Shown here in pieces: positions 13,501-35,145 of a stretch of DNA of 64,000 bases (position 1 is its first letter; each line of letters starts with the position of its first letter). The DNA comes from Macrostomum lignano. Taxonomy: Eukaryota. The notes below the pieces were generated by a model. That model saw only the letters and a list, made by a program, of their open reading frames with translations, did not search any database and was not told where the DNA came from. The stretch lies in assembly GCA_002269645.1 (NCBI GenBank), contig NIVC01001601.1:124001-188000 (forward strand), written 5' to 3'. A program made the position numbers and the translations under genes.

Positions 13501-14731
13501 TACTAAAATACCTTTAACACTGCGCGGCCTCTTGCTGGTGGCCAAATCCAGTGCATTTTTTATGGAATCGCCTGATTTTCAAAGACGCGGTAATTGGAGG
13601 TAAATTTTATGGAATCTTTTGTAGAAATTGGTGATAATAGCCTGAATTAAATTGCACCCTGGCCCTGGTGCAAGTGCATGTAAATGCCCCGGAGAAGAAC
13701 AACAGCAACTGAGGATCTGGGAGGCTGGTGGCTCAGCAACTGAGGATCTGGGAGGCTGGTGGCTCAGCAACTGAGGATCTGGAAGGCTGGCTAAGCAACT
13801 GAGGATCTGGGAGGCTGGTGGCTCAGCAACTAAGGATCTGGAAGGCTGGCTCAGCAACTGAGGATCTGGGAGGCTGGTGGCTCAGCAACTGCGGATCTGG
13901 GAGGCTGGCTCAGCAACTGATGATCTGGGAGGCTGGCCCAGCAACTGAGGATCTGGGAGGCTGGCCCAGCAACTGAGGATCTGGGAGGCTGGCCCAGCAA
14001 CTGAGGATCTGGGAGGCTGGGAATCTAATCTAGAGACCCTTATTGCAACCCCTGGGCCTCACCGGCAGTGGTGAAGGCCTCAGGACCACCAAAGCCGCCG
14101 CCGCCGCCATCCCGAATAGTCAGCTGACTGCCGAGCGAGCCGGGCCCCACCTGAGCGGAGGTGGCCGCCTGCTGCTGCTGCTGCAGGATGAGGCCCTCCC
14201 GGTGGTGCTGCAGCCGGCGGTAGTGAGAGTACACCTGCACGCTGAGCATGCGCTTGGCCGTGCTCTGCCCGACAACGAATTTGTCCAGGTAGGCGTTGAT
14301 CTGCCAGGATGCAGCGATTCGAGATTATGGATTCTGGGTTGGGATCTTAGGATTTGGGATTCTGAAAATAACAAAAAGAGACTCACTTTTTTAGGATAAG
14401 GGATCTCCTTCTCCTTGATTGAATCGGCCGTCTTTGCCGCGTCCTCCCGGCCTTCCGGTTGGCACAGGAAAAACTGCTGGCAATTGCTGCACTGAAGAAA
14501 GACGCTCACTGCGGTTGATGGGGAACCGTTTGCAGTAGTTAGGGGCTGACTGTCAAGCAGTCAATCAGTGTGTCTACCTATTTTACTGTCTGTCTGTCTG
14601 TCTGTGTCTTTGTGTCTGTCTGTCTGTCTGTCTGTCTGTGTCTTTGTGTCTGTCTGTCTGTCTGTCTGTCTGTGTCTTTGTGTCTGTCTGTCTGTCTGCC
14701 TGTGTCTTAGTGTCTGTCTGTCATAGGGTCC

Positions 14732-14777
<46 letters not shown>

Positions 14778-14961
14778 GTCTTTGTGTCTGTCTGTCTGTC
14801 TGCCTGTGTCTTAGTGTCTGTCTGTCATAGGGTCCTTCTGTCTGTCTGTCTGCCTGTCTGTCTGTCTGTCTGTATGTATGTCTGTCTGTATGTATGTCTG
14901 TCTGTCTGTCTGTGTCTTAGTGTCTGTCTGTCATAGGGTCCGTCTGTCTGTCATAGGGTCC

Positions 14962-15005
<44 letters not shown>

Positions 15006-15496
15006 GCCTGTCTGTCTGTCTGCCTGTCTGTCTGTCTGTCTGTCTGTCTGTGTCTTAGTGTCTGTCTGTCATAGGGTCCGTCTGTCTGTCTGTCTCACTC
15101 ACAGCCGGACGCATTCATAGGCGAGATGGTCAGGGCCCCACAGTTTGGGCACTGCATGGTGGACGAGAAATGGCCGCCGCCGCTACCGCCGCCGCTCGCA
15201 CCAGCGGCCCCGGCGCCGCCGCTTTTGCCCGCCGACTTGCCACCGCCGCCGCCACGGTTGGCAGGACCGCCGCCGGTGCCCGACTTCCGACTGCCGTTGC
15301 CGCCGCCGGCGCCTCCGCCAACGCCGCCGTAGGAGCAGCGAGCGGCCGACAAGCTGAAGTAGCGCTGCTGCCCGAGTCGCAGGCGGTGCCCAACGCTGCC
15401 CTGACGAAAAGCGACCTGGTGCTGGCGACCCGGCAACGAAACGGCGGCGGCGGAAGCCAGAATGGCTTGGCGAGGGCCTGCGCGAGTGAAATTCAT
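7523..15496 (-). CDS. CLPX: Mitochondrial ATP-dependent Clp protease ATP-binding subunit ClpX, 6 exons, about 650 aa
   Basis: Exons: 15496-15103, 14508-14387, 14300-14063, 11654-11073, 10455-10091, 7774-7523. All introns are GT-AG and phases are consistent (1,0,1,1,0). Arg/Ser/Ala-rich, acid-free N-terminus resembles a mitochondrial presequence. C4 zinc motif CPNC...CSNC is split over exons 1-2. Other motifs: YLDKFVVGQ, Walker A GPTGCGKT, pore-1 GYVG, Walker [23 protein letters not shown] loop, [15 protein letters not shown]. An in-frame TGA lies directly before the ATG. Confidence 0.97.
7788..10044. repeat. 36/32-bp minisatellite filling ClpX intron 5 (GAAGCCAGACTGAATGAAGGTTTGACCTGAGGATCT, with or without TGAA)
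   Basis: Direct periodicity with two interspersed length variants; source of the spurious 817-aa ORF. Confidence 0.98.
10640..10985. repeat. 15-bp minisatellite in ClpX intron 4 (GGGATTGATGAAGCT / GAGATTGGTGAGGCT)
   Basis: Direct periodicity. Confidence 0.92.
11681..13330. repeat. 26/30-bp minisatellite in ClpX intron 3 (CCCATGGGATTCTG[TCTG]AGATTATATTAT)
   Basis: Direct periodicity, about 60 copies. Confidence 0.98.
13705..14020. repeat. 28-31-bp minisatellite in ClpX intron 3 (GCAACTGAGGATCTGGGAGGCTGG[TGG]CTCA)
   Basis: Direct periodicity, about 11 copies. Confidence 0.95.
14586..15095. repeat. Interrupted (TGTC)n microsatellite in ClpX intron 1
   Basis: Direct inspection; higher-order insert GTGTCTTAGTGTCTGTCTGTCATAGGGTCC recurs. 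Confidence 0.95.
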
Positions 15497-18400
15497 TCAC
15501 AGCTTTTATCTACTGAGGCATCTGTGCTCAGGTATGATTATGGATTATGCCTATGGACTCCTGGGCCTGTGGCAGAACATTAACAAACTGCTCACCAATC
15601 AAAACGCAGACTCCATGAGACAGTCCCTTCAAATACGTCACCTTTGAAGTCATGCTGAGCTGTTGCTTGGCTTAGCTGAAGTGCAAATTTAAATGATTCA
15701 TTTTAATAAATAGACAAACCTAATTACTTAGTCATAAGAGATGGCCTATCTTATATTTGTGATTCCGTATCTTCTACCAGGTTTTTTCATCAAAAATATG
15801 CCATTAGCAGAAAAATGGTTCATTTTGTTGTATTATAATTTCTATCTAATCTTTTCTTATTCAACCAATTGCATATAATCACTACTAGGTAAAATTATTA
15901 ACTTCAATTTTATCAGCCTTTATACATTAGTGATGCTTTAAGCATATCTGACTTTTCACTTTTTTCATACACAAAAATTGTAATTGTTACTTTTGACATA
16001 TGGACTTTAATAGAAGATATCATTCATATATTCTAGGCCCTATGCAGGCTAATATAATTTAAAACTTTAAACTAAAATTTTGAAATATTTATTACATACA
16101 AATATTGATTAATAAAAGTATATAAACCTAGTTTTTTAAAATAAAATTATATATATATATATAATTTAATTTATAATTTAATATAGATAATTTAAAACAA
16201 TAGTTGAATAGATATATATATATCTATGCCCTGACATTTAATATATATATCTATTCAACTATTGTTTTTTTAGTTTTTTTTGCTAAATTAGGGCCTATAA
16301 AGATTGACATTGCATCTTATGTAAAATTTAAATTTTATATAGTATTATATAGACAAAATACATGCAATATTTTTTTTATATTTTTACTATGAGGCTAAAA
16401 TATGCTTATACTAAAAAGTAGAAGCATAAAAAATAAGATATAGCCATGATTGCAAAAATCCTCCAATTGTAACACTCAAGTACAATCTTTATATTCCATT
16501 TTTTGTATAATAAGGAGGTCTACTTTATAACAAATATCTTGTGAATATAAGTAAAGATTGTAGGCCTACTTTAGTAAGCTACAATTATGATTTTTGTAGT
16601 TGCCCTACATTCTATATATATTTCAATTCTTATTATTTTCCATTGGGTAAGGGCCTATCATATAACAAAATTGATATAAATAATTAATTGGGCAATAGAT
16701 AGCCCCCCCTATCATAAAATGAAAGAATTCCTGATAAATTTATAATGCTAAAAACCTCTTTATATTTTGGTTTTTTTAATTTAATGTAATTGTAATGTCA
16801 ATATGCATAGGCCTAATTTTCTATCTTATTAATTAGAACAAAATAAAACTATGTTTACTAAAGATAGGCTGGTGTAATTTAAAAGGTTGCACATTGATAT
16901 ATTCAACTTAACTAAGCCTACTTGTGCAGTCAGTTCCTCTGTTCCCTGTTGACAACATAACATGGCAAATTAAAGAGGAAAATGTTACTTATGATGTTAT
17001 GACTCACGAGTACAAGCTCTGGAGTCTGGAGTCTAAATCTATCTGGAAAGCCAAATAAATTAAATGGATAGGCCCTATTCATAATAGCTAGCTGCTACTG
17101 TTATTCGGCCCTAGCAACTTTTTAAATCTTGGCTAGGCAGCCTAGGCGGGGCGGAGGAAAAAGGCTGTGGTTAGGCTAAGGCCTAGTCTAGATTAAATCT
17201 AAGCGTATCTATCCAGGCACTAACAATAATTTAGAAAATTTATAACTGGCATGACTGACATAAATGAAGGTTTAAATAACGAGTAGGCCTAAATGACAAA
17301 AAATTAGATGAGCATCGGTATACAATCTATCTCAAATGTTAAAAAAGTTAAAAATATTATTTTTTCCAAAATTGTATGGGAAATTGAAGTTGAAAAACAC
17401 CAAATTCCGAGAACTTTTTATTAGGATAAAACAAAATTAGATAAAGCATATTTTTTGTCCTAAAAAATAAAAATTGCTACCGTGTTTTTATAAGAACTAT
17501 TTAAACTGTATCTTAATGCGTAATTATTACTTTTAATAATTTAATTTTTCAGAAAGAATTGCGATTCGGCCAAGGACTTCTTGGAGAAGTCCAAGAAGTC
17601 TTTGGATTTGGCTTGGCAATTTCGACCTGATATCACTTGAAGAATCCATTAAAAGCATTTGAAAAACTTAAACTTGTGTTTAATTTATTCAGCATAAGCG
17701 ATCTCTTATGCATGCACCTTTACATGCATCTACATAGGTACACTACTGTTTAAGATACACACCAAGTTACATTTAATATATAGTGTGTAGCCGTGTTGTA
17801 CATTTGTACACGCGATTCTAAATGATACAACATGATGTGGAAATACACGTACCATGTGCTGCATGTATTAAATATTTCATACATTACGTTCCTTGCTCTT
17901 ATTGTTAGTGTTAATATTGTACTTTTAAGTTTCGCTGGTAGAGTAGATCTACATGGTATACATGCACATTCTATACTTCGATCACCAAACGCGCATTTTG
18001 CACTTACATGCACTGTACATTGCAATGTAGTCCACATTTTGCCTCAGCTCTCTCATTATGGAGATTTAAGTCTGTCAAATTGCACAAAGATTTTCGTGTA
18101 TTACCGCTATTTAAAGATTTAACTCACAAGATTAAACGAGCAAGGGATTTTCGAACTAATTGCAGGGGGTGAAGGAATGAGACATGCATGTTCAATCACG
18201 GCATGCGCTGATCTGCCAGTCAGTATTTAAATGTCTGCAGCTCAGGTCGCATAATTACATGTTGCTGCTGTCGGGAGTTCAGCTGCTGCGTACATTCAAA
18301 GACGATAAACCGGATTTTCGACCGCGAGTCTAGATACGAGATCAGATAGCTAAATATTTTCTCAAGGCGGGATCGCCCGCATATATAAATTTACATGCAT

Positions 18401-18531
18401 GGGCAACTTTGACTGACAAAAGGAGACATATATATATATACAATTTGTACAAAGTTTTACTGCCTGATCTAAAGTTCTCGTGTTCAAAGTAAACAAACAA
18501 AACCACTGAAAATGTTGTCCAGCTGCTCTCC

Positions 18532-19356
18532 ATACCTGCCTCCCTACCTCCCTACCTCCCTACCTCCCTACCTCCCTACCTACCTACCTCCCTACCTCCC
18601 TACCTCCCTACCTCCCTACCTCCCTGCCTCCCTACCTTCCTGCCTCCCTACCTCCCTACCTCCCTACCTCCCTACCTACCTACCTCCCTACCTACCTACC
18701 TCCCTACCTCCCTACCTCCCTGCCTCCCTACCTCCCTGCCTCCCTACCTCCCTACCTCCCTACCTTCCTGCCTCCCTGCCTCCCTATAGCTACCTCCCTA
18801 CCTCCCTGCCTCCCTGCCTCCCTACCTCTCTATAGCTACCTCCCTACCTCCCAACCTCCCAACCTCCCTGCCTCCCTACCTCCCTACCTCTCTATAGCTA
18901 CCTCCCTACCTCCCTGCCTCGCTACCTCCCTGCCTCCCTACCTCTCTATAGCTACCTCCCTACCTCCCAACCTCCCAACCTCCCTGCCTCCCTACCTCCC
19001 TACCTCTCTATAGCTACCTCCCTACCTCCCAACCTCCCAACCTCCCTGCCTCCCTACCTCCCTACCTCTCTATAGCTACCTCCCTACCTCCCTGCCTCGC
19101 TACCTCCCTGCCTCCCTACCTCTCTATAGCTACCTCCCTACCTCCCTGCCTCGCTACCTCCCTATAGCTACCTCCCTACCTCCCTGACTCCCTACCTCCC
19201 TACCTCTCCCTACCTCCCTACCTCCTACCTCCCTGCCTCCCTACCTCCCTAGCTACCTCCCTCCTACCTCCCTACCTCCCTACCTCCCTGCCTCCTTACC
19301 TCCCTACCTCCCTACCTCCCTACCTCCCTGCCTCCCTACCTCCCTGCCTCCCTACC
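18532..19356. repeat. (CCTACCTC)n-based 8-bp satellite
   Basis: Direct periodicity; source of the LPPYLPTS ORF. Confidence 0.95.
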
Positions 19357-22049
19357 TTTTAGGTTAATACAGACCAGAAAATTCTAACCCAGTCAATATT
19401 GTCTCATTCATCAGAATGCAATTGAATTATTGTAGTTAAAAATCCATTTTGTTACAAAATCAATAAGCTAAACTGAAACAAAGATTCATAAAAACGACTA
19501 AATCATCAAGGCTACAAGAATAAAAGCAAGTCATATCAAAAGATGAGCATCGGGTCTGGCTCCTATCATAAGCTAAAAAAACCGAAAAAATTTGATGCTG
19601 AAAGAATCAAAGACTATTCGCCGTAATTAATTTTTCGCTAAAACCGGCCTTCTAAAATTTTTCCAAGAAAGCGTAGTTTCCCGTCCCTCTAATTGGGTAG
19701 TCCTTGCTTTCATATAGCACTTGTACGTCACTATCTGACGCCATGTCGGAGTCCTGATGAGAGTCTGACTATCCAATCAGATCAGCTTGCTTCCTTGCAG
19801 ATCAAAATCCGGAAACGAAATTACTTTTTCCATCAGTATCGCTTCAAAAGTGAGCTCACAGCATGCCCAGAAAGCTTTCTACATTTTGCTTGTTGTGTGG
19901 GTCATCCTTCTAGCCCTACAGTCCGCGACAGTGCCTTAAAAACAACATGCCAGGTAGATGAAGCTTCCCTGGTCTGTGAAGTTTCCCCGGTTGGGGAAGT
20001 TTCCCTGGTTGGGAATTTTCCCTGGTTGGGGAAGTTTCCCTAGTTTATTTAGCTTGTAATGTTTTTGATCTGTGAAGCCGTCACAAATGCTCTCTAAAGC
20101 TATCGTGCAGTCTCAAAGCCGCAGCTAAAGGTGAGGCAAGACTTGGCGAACGGTGAAGAAGGCGGCCTGTCAGGCCATGCAGCAAACACAGGAGCAAGAA
20201 TGCATAAACAAGTGCGGGGTTTGCCTGAACTGCAGTCAGCCGAAACGGGGAGGTAAAAAAAGAACAAGACAGAAAAGTCCACGTGGACTGTTCAGCGCCG
20301 TGTGTACATGTGCACATTTTGACAAATATTCGCTGCAATACATAAAATGAGTTTGTGTCTCGGATGTGATCGAATGAGATCTGAGAACCTTCTTGATAGA
20401 GTGTGGCGAATAAAGTGATTTAGAATTTGATAAAATCATCCATTTTAAAGCATAGAATTTGAGATAGCTTTGGAAATATAGGCTTCCCTCTCTACGCTTC
20501 GTTGATTCGTATCTTAGCCTATATCTTATCGATCATGTCAGGACAGACATGGGGGTCCAACCCCCATGGCACAGAAAGTCAATGTACATTCTGTGTGAGC
20601 GTGTGTATGAGTGTTTGCCAGTGTACAGTATTGGTTTCACTAATTACATGAAACAGACTCTAAAACACTCGATTGCAAGATTTCAGACCAATAGTTTCGG
20701 GCAACTGCATGCGATTCATTGACAGGCCGCCCGGATGGGGAAGAGAAGCCGCTGACAGCCCCGCTCACCTGAGCAATACTTTGAATCGAAAGTGCGGAGC
20801 AGAGCAAAGATAACAAAAAATATGGGCTTTGGAGCTCTCAGCTCACACAGAAACGGCCATGCCAGCTTTTCCCATCCCCCTCTCTCCTCTCCTCTCTCTG
20901 CCCTGTTCCCCAATTCCTTAAGTCTGTAGGGCAGCGCACTGAAAGTTCAGCTTGAGCAATGGCCAGGGCAAAGCAAAGGCACGCGGTGCATTGCGCGGTG
21001 CGAGTGGGGAGCAGAGCTGGCTGAAGCGCCAGCCCACCCGCACCCCGTTCGTTTCGTCTTCTAAAAGAGGGGTGAAAGCTGCCTGCTCGCCGCGAACAGG
21101 AGCTGCGCAAAGTGTACATTTCCCACTCCAAACCCCCGGGGGGGGGGGCAGCAGGGAAGCTCAGGGCGACGCGGCGGTGGGTCTTGCAGTGCACTGGAGG
21201 AGCCGAGAGGACGGCAGTTTCAGCTCCCCAAACCAGTCGCAAGCAGCTTAGGCGAGTGAGCGCGCAAAACAGGCCAGTGGGTGTGGATGAAGGAGAGAGG
21301 GGAGAGGAGAGGGTGGGAGAGGAGGGAGGCCCGGCATCCCCGGGGCAGTTCAGTCGCCGAACCAGCCACCCGCCCCATCCCATTCCCAACTCCCAGGCCG
21401 ACTTCTGTTCTTGAAATTCCTGCCGTGTCCCCTCCCCCCCTCTCCCCTCTCCCCTCTCTCTCCCCTCTCTCTCCCCTCTCTCTGTCCCCCTTCGCCGCCT
21501 TTAGCAGCTCCTTAGCCCCATTTTCTTAATGCGGGCGCACTGTTGGCTTGACCGCATGCATATAGGCTATCATCTCGTTTGGCAGTGACAGTTGAGTCCC
21601 CAGCAGAGCCTTAGCTACACAAGCACCCCAATCCCCCCCCCGGCGAGGATTTCACAATTTTTCAAAGACTTCAAAGACTTGTCAGAGTTGCTATGAGCAC
21701 CAGCGGCGCCCCCTGACCAGTTGAGCCCGCCTGCTGTCACTGGAAACTTGTCTGCCGATATGTAGGGAGGCTGACTTCGAATTTGACCCGTACACTTCTG
21801 CTTCGCCTTTGCATTTAACCATTCGAATTTAATTTTTGTGGTAAGTATAGCAGTCAATAACCAGCTACTTTGCATAGTTTTCGAAACTTACCTTTTATCT
21901 GCACTAGACATATTGACACCTGGAATGCCTGCAAAAATCCTCTTTGCCATCTGAATAGGCAAGTCAGGTTTTCTATTATATAATGCTTTAGTATTGCCAC
22001 TGAGATTCTCTATGATCTCCAGGTTTCTATACGACTCTATGGATCTCAA

Positions 22050-23090
22050 TGACCTCAATGATTCTCTATATAACTTCAATGATTCTCCATGACCTCAATG
22101 ATTCTCTATGACTTCAATGATTCTCTATGACCTCAATGATTCTCTATGGACCTCAATGATTCTCTATAGACCTCAATGATTCTCTATGACCTCAATGATT
22201 CTCTATGACCTCAAAGATTCTGTATGACCTCAATGATTCTCTAAAGACCTCAATGATTCTATATGACCTCACTGATTCTCTATGACCTCAATGATTCTCT
22301 ATAGACCTCAATGATTCTCTATGACCTCAATGATTCTCTATGACCTCAATAATTCTCTTTGACTTCACTGATTCTCGATAGACCTCAATGATTCTCTATA
22401 GACCTCAATGACTGTTGATGACCTCAATGATTCTCTATGACCTCAATGATTCTCTATGACCTCAATGATTCTCTATGACCTCAATGATTCTCTATAACTT
22501 CAATGATTCTCTATGACCTCAATGATTCTCTATGACTTCAATGATTCTCTATGACCTCAATGATTCTCTATGACTTCAATGATTCTCTATGACCTCACTG
22601 ATTCTCTATAACTGCAATGATTCTCAATGACCTCAATGATTCTCTATGACCTCAATGATTCTCTATGACCTCAATGATTCTCTATGAACTCAATGATTCT
22701 CTATGACCTCAATGATTCTTTATGAGCTCAATGATTCTCTATGGACCTCACTGGTTCTCTATGACTTCAATGATTCTCTATGACCTCACTGGTTCTCTAT
22801 GACTTCAATGATTCTCTATGACCTCAATGATTCTCTATGACCTCAATGATTCTTTATGAGCTCAATGACTGTTGATGACCTCAAAGATTTTTTATGACCT
22901 CAATGATTCTCTATGAGCTCAAGGATTCTCTAAGACTTCACTGATTCTCTATGACTTCACTGATTCTCTATGACTTCAATTATTCTCTGTGACTTCACTG
23001 ATTCTCTATGACCTCAATGATTCTCCATTAGCTTAATGATTATCTATGACCTCGATGATTTTCTATGCCCTCAATGATTCTCTATGACCT
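22050..23090. repeat. 19-bp minisatellite (GACCTCAATGATTCTCTAT), about 54 copies
   Basis: Direct periodicity. Confidence 0.97.
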
Positions 23091-23794
23091 GCGGCCCATT
23101 CATTTCATAAAGAGTCTATTTATCTATTTATTTGTCTGTCTGTCTAATAAGAAAATTGTCTATAGCCTCAATTACGAGCCAATTATGGTGACTTTAAGAT
23201 TCTAAACGACCTCTGTGACCACGTCAGAAAAAAATTAAAGTCAGATTAACTTAAGTAAAATTAAAATAAGCATTAAATTTAGCTTCTATTCCAATTTAGA
23301 TGATAACTCACAGCAGTTCTGGTACGCATAAACCCAAGTTATTCGAGAGGCTATAAAATAAGAATAATAAATCTCCCCTCATCGCGCCAGAAGCCCATGC
23401 ATTTTTAATTCATTATTAAAATACAAAATCTGTGCCGGGAAATCTCCCGTACCGTCAGACAGAAATTATAACAAAATCTAGGACAATCCATTGAAGATCG
23501 TTTTTGATTAAAAAAAAACGATGATTTACAAAAGTGGTGATGATTTGTTGAATTCGTCAATGACTTTTTTAATCTTTTTAATTCCTGAACACGACATTTA
23601 CTAGACAGTGCTTTAGCGGCGCGAAATTTTCAACAGCTTTCACTTCACACTTTTCTTAGTCTGTTGCTTTTAGTAGGGTTGCCATCAATTTATTAATTCC
23701 AGTTCGATCGGAAATTCAATATAACTCTTGGCCTCTTGAGATAGCTCTTGGCACCTGGTCTCTTAAATGTGCTCATGTGTACTCTTATTTTCCT

Positions 23795-24378
23795 TTCTCT
23801 CCCCCTCTCCTTCTCTTCCCCTGCCTCTTCCCTCTACCCCTCTCTCCCTCTCCCTCTCTCTCTCTCCCTCTCTCTCTCTCACTCTCCCCCTCTCTTTCTC
23901 CCTCTCTCTCCATCTTTCCTTATCTCCCTCTCCCTCTCCCGTTCTCTTCTCTCTTTCTCCCCTCTATCGCTCTCTCCTTCTCTCACTCTCCCTCTCTTCC
24001 TCTCACTCTCCCTCTCTCCTTTTCTACCTCTCTGCCTCTCTCCCTCTCTGCCTCTCTCCCTCTCTCCGTCTCTCTCTCCCTTTCTTTTAATCTCCCTATC
24101 TCCGCCCCTCTCTCTCCCTCTCCCTTCTCCCCCCTCCCTTCTCTCCCTCTCCCTTCTTTCCGTCTCCCTCTCTCCCTATCCCCTCTCTCCCTCTCCCTCT
24201 CCCGTTCTCTCCCTCTCTCTCCCTCTCTCGCTCTCTCCCTCTCTAACTCTACCTCTCTTCCTCTCATTCTCCCTCTCTCCCTTTCTCCTATCTCCCTCTC
24301 CTTCTTTCCCTTTCTTTGACTCCCCATCTCTCTCTCCCTCTCTCCCTCTCTCCCTCTCGCCCCTTTCTCTCTCCCTCT
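23795..24378. repeat. CT-rich polypyrimidine low-complexity tract
   Basis: Direct inspection. Confidence 0.9.
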
Positions 24379-24877
24379 TTTGACTGCCTCTCTCGCAATC
24401 TTCGCCTGCTTTTTGAATTTCTCACTGAGCGGATTTCTTTGGTATCAGCTGTATAAATATTCTTCACCTTTCTTTACACCCATCCACCTCCTCCACCATT
24501 TGTCCCTACTCTACTCCCACCTTCTTAATATCCCTTTCGACCCGTCTCCATTTCTATTTAGCTTAATCCTTCCCCACACGCAGATCGCAGCCTCCCCTGC
24601 ACCCATTTGGCCTCATTTCCCGTCTCCCAATCGGCCGTGTCGCTTTTCAGTGCTTCATTTCGTTGGTTTTATAAATTTCCCCCCTGCTCAGAGACCCCAT
24701 CGCCCCCAAACTCAGCTGGAATCCCTGCTTGTCTGTCCGCCTCATTTTTATCCCAAATCCGCCCCTAGGGAAGTTTTGGTGGCTTCTCTCAGTTGATGGT
24801 CTCTGGCTGCGCTGACCTGATCAATGGGACCAACCCTGGCTTTGCTTAAAATAGACTCAAGGCTGGAATCTAACAGT

Positions 24878-25405
24878 AGGCTAGATTAGCAATCCATCTA
24901 TTCCTTGATATTCATGTAGGCTATAGATTAGCAATCCATCTATTCCTTGATCTTCATGTAGGCTATAGATTAGCAATCCATTCTATTCCTTAATCTTCAT
25001 GTAGGCTATAGATTAGCAATCCATTCTATTCCTTAATCTTCATGTAGGCTATAGATTAGCAATCCATTCTATTCCTTAATCTTCATGTAGGCTATAGATT
25101 AGCAATCCATTCTATTCCTTAATCTTCATGTAGGCTATAGATTAGCAATCCATCTATTCCTTAATCTTCATGTAGGCTATAGATTAGCAATCCATCTATT
25201 CCTTGATCTTCATGTAGGCTATAGATTAGCAATCCATCTATTCCTTGATCTTCATGTAGGCTATAGATTAGCAATCCATCTATTCCTTAATCTTCGTGTA
25301 GGCTATAGATTAGCAATCCATCTATTCCTTGATCTTCATGTAGGCTATAGATTAGCAATCCATTATATCCCATTATGTATGCGGAATAGATTAGCAATCC
25401 ACTAT
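24878..25405. repeat. 42/43-bp minisatellite (GTAGGCTATAGATTAGCAATCCATTCTATTCCTTAATCTTCAT), about 12 copies, upstream of the RGS start codon
   Basis: Direct periodicity; units are near-identical with no unique spacers. Confidence 0.96.
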
Positions 25406-25538
25406 TTAAAGAAATTAACTATCAAACATTAGCACTTCATTGAACAGGAACACTATTTCTATATTTAGCTAGTTGTTGGATGTATCAAAGAAGTACACCA
25501 AGAACTTTTTATCCTCATCCGCTCCCGCCTAGCCAGTC

Positions 25539-34027
<8,489 letters not shown>

Positions 34028-34769
34028 TGCTCCGGCATGCAGATTTGCACATTATGCCTGCAGTCTGCACTCTGTTCTGAATTATTTAAATTCATACCGC
34101 TTCTTCACGGAATCTCGCGTTATTTTTAATCATAACTGCTTCGCGACTTAATTATCGATGATTTTGTCATAAAGTTTTCCGCTTTTGGTCGTTCCTTTCG
34201 TATGCAAAAATGCAATTTGTGATTCAAGTATATTCTAGGAAAATTTTGCACCTTCTTGTCTTTTTAGATCTATATGAAATGCTTTTAAAATTAGTTCTGA
34301 AGAGTCCAACAATTCGTTTATAGAAAGGCTGTTTCAGTCCGAACATTCTACTCGATGGCCGTGCGAGTAGTAGCAAGTGTGAAATATTTGAACTTTTCCT
34401 ATCTTTTCTATCATAATTTCTATCCTCTTAAAGTCTTGCATAATAACATAGGGTCAATCCTGATACACTTTTATTGTGATGCGCTACTTGCTTGCTACGA
34501 AATCAATCGGTTTATCAATAATGTTTCCCATCGCTTATGTACATGAATTTACCAGTGAGTGACGCTTGCATGTTGTTTCGTGGTGTTCGTTCCTGCACCC
34601 TGACACCTCGGATCACCTCGCTGTTCTAGTTGCTAGGCTTCTTATGCAAAATCGAAGCTATTTATTATTATCTTTTTTTGTTCAAAACCAAAATTGTCGA
34701 AACAAATTCACGCAAAACCTCCTATTGTATTCGATTTTAGCGCATATTCAAATCTGTTTACTGCACAAG

Positions 34770-35145
34770 TAGAAATGGGTAGGTGGCTGTGCAAGCGTAC
34801 GGGACTGAAAGAATGTACGAAAGTGAGGTGGTTGTTCAGAATGAAAATGGGTGTGTAGCGAGCGGGGCTGAAAGAATGTACGAAGAGTGAGGTGGTTGTT
34901 CAGAATGGAAATGGGGAGGTGGGTGTGTAGCGAGCGGGGCTGAAAGAATGTACGAAGAGTGAGGTGGTTGTTCAGAATAGAAATGGGGAGGTGGGTGTGT
35001 AGCGAGCGGGGCTGAAAGAATGTACGAAGAGTGAGGCGGTTGTTCTGAATGAAAATGGGGAGGTGGGTGTGTAGCGAGCGGGGCTGAAAGAATGTACGCA
35101 GGGTGAAGTGGCTGTTCAAAATGAAAATGGGGAGGTAGGTGCGCG
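34770..35145. repeat. 72-bp tandem repeat, about 5 copies
   Basis: AGCGGGGCTGAAAGAATGTACG recurs with period 72 (34861, 34933 and onward). Confidence 0.92.

Noticed and set aside
19955-20042. Cluster of NF-kB/Dorsal-like sites (GGGAAGTTTCCC, GGGAATTTTCCC)
   Set aside because: They arise from a short 18-19-bp tandem duplication and fit the consensus spacing poorly; there is no functional evidence.
22050-25405. CRISPR-like appearance of the regular arrays
   Set aside because: Units are contiguous with no unique spacers, there are no cas genes, and the context is eukaryotic.
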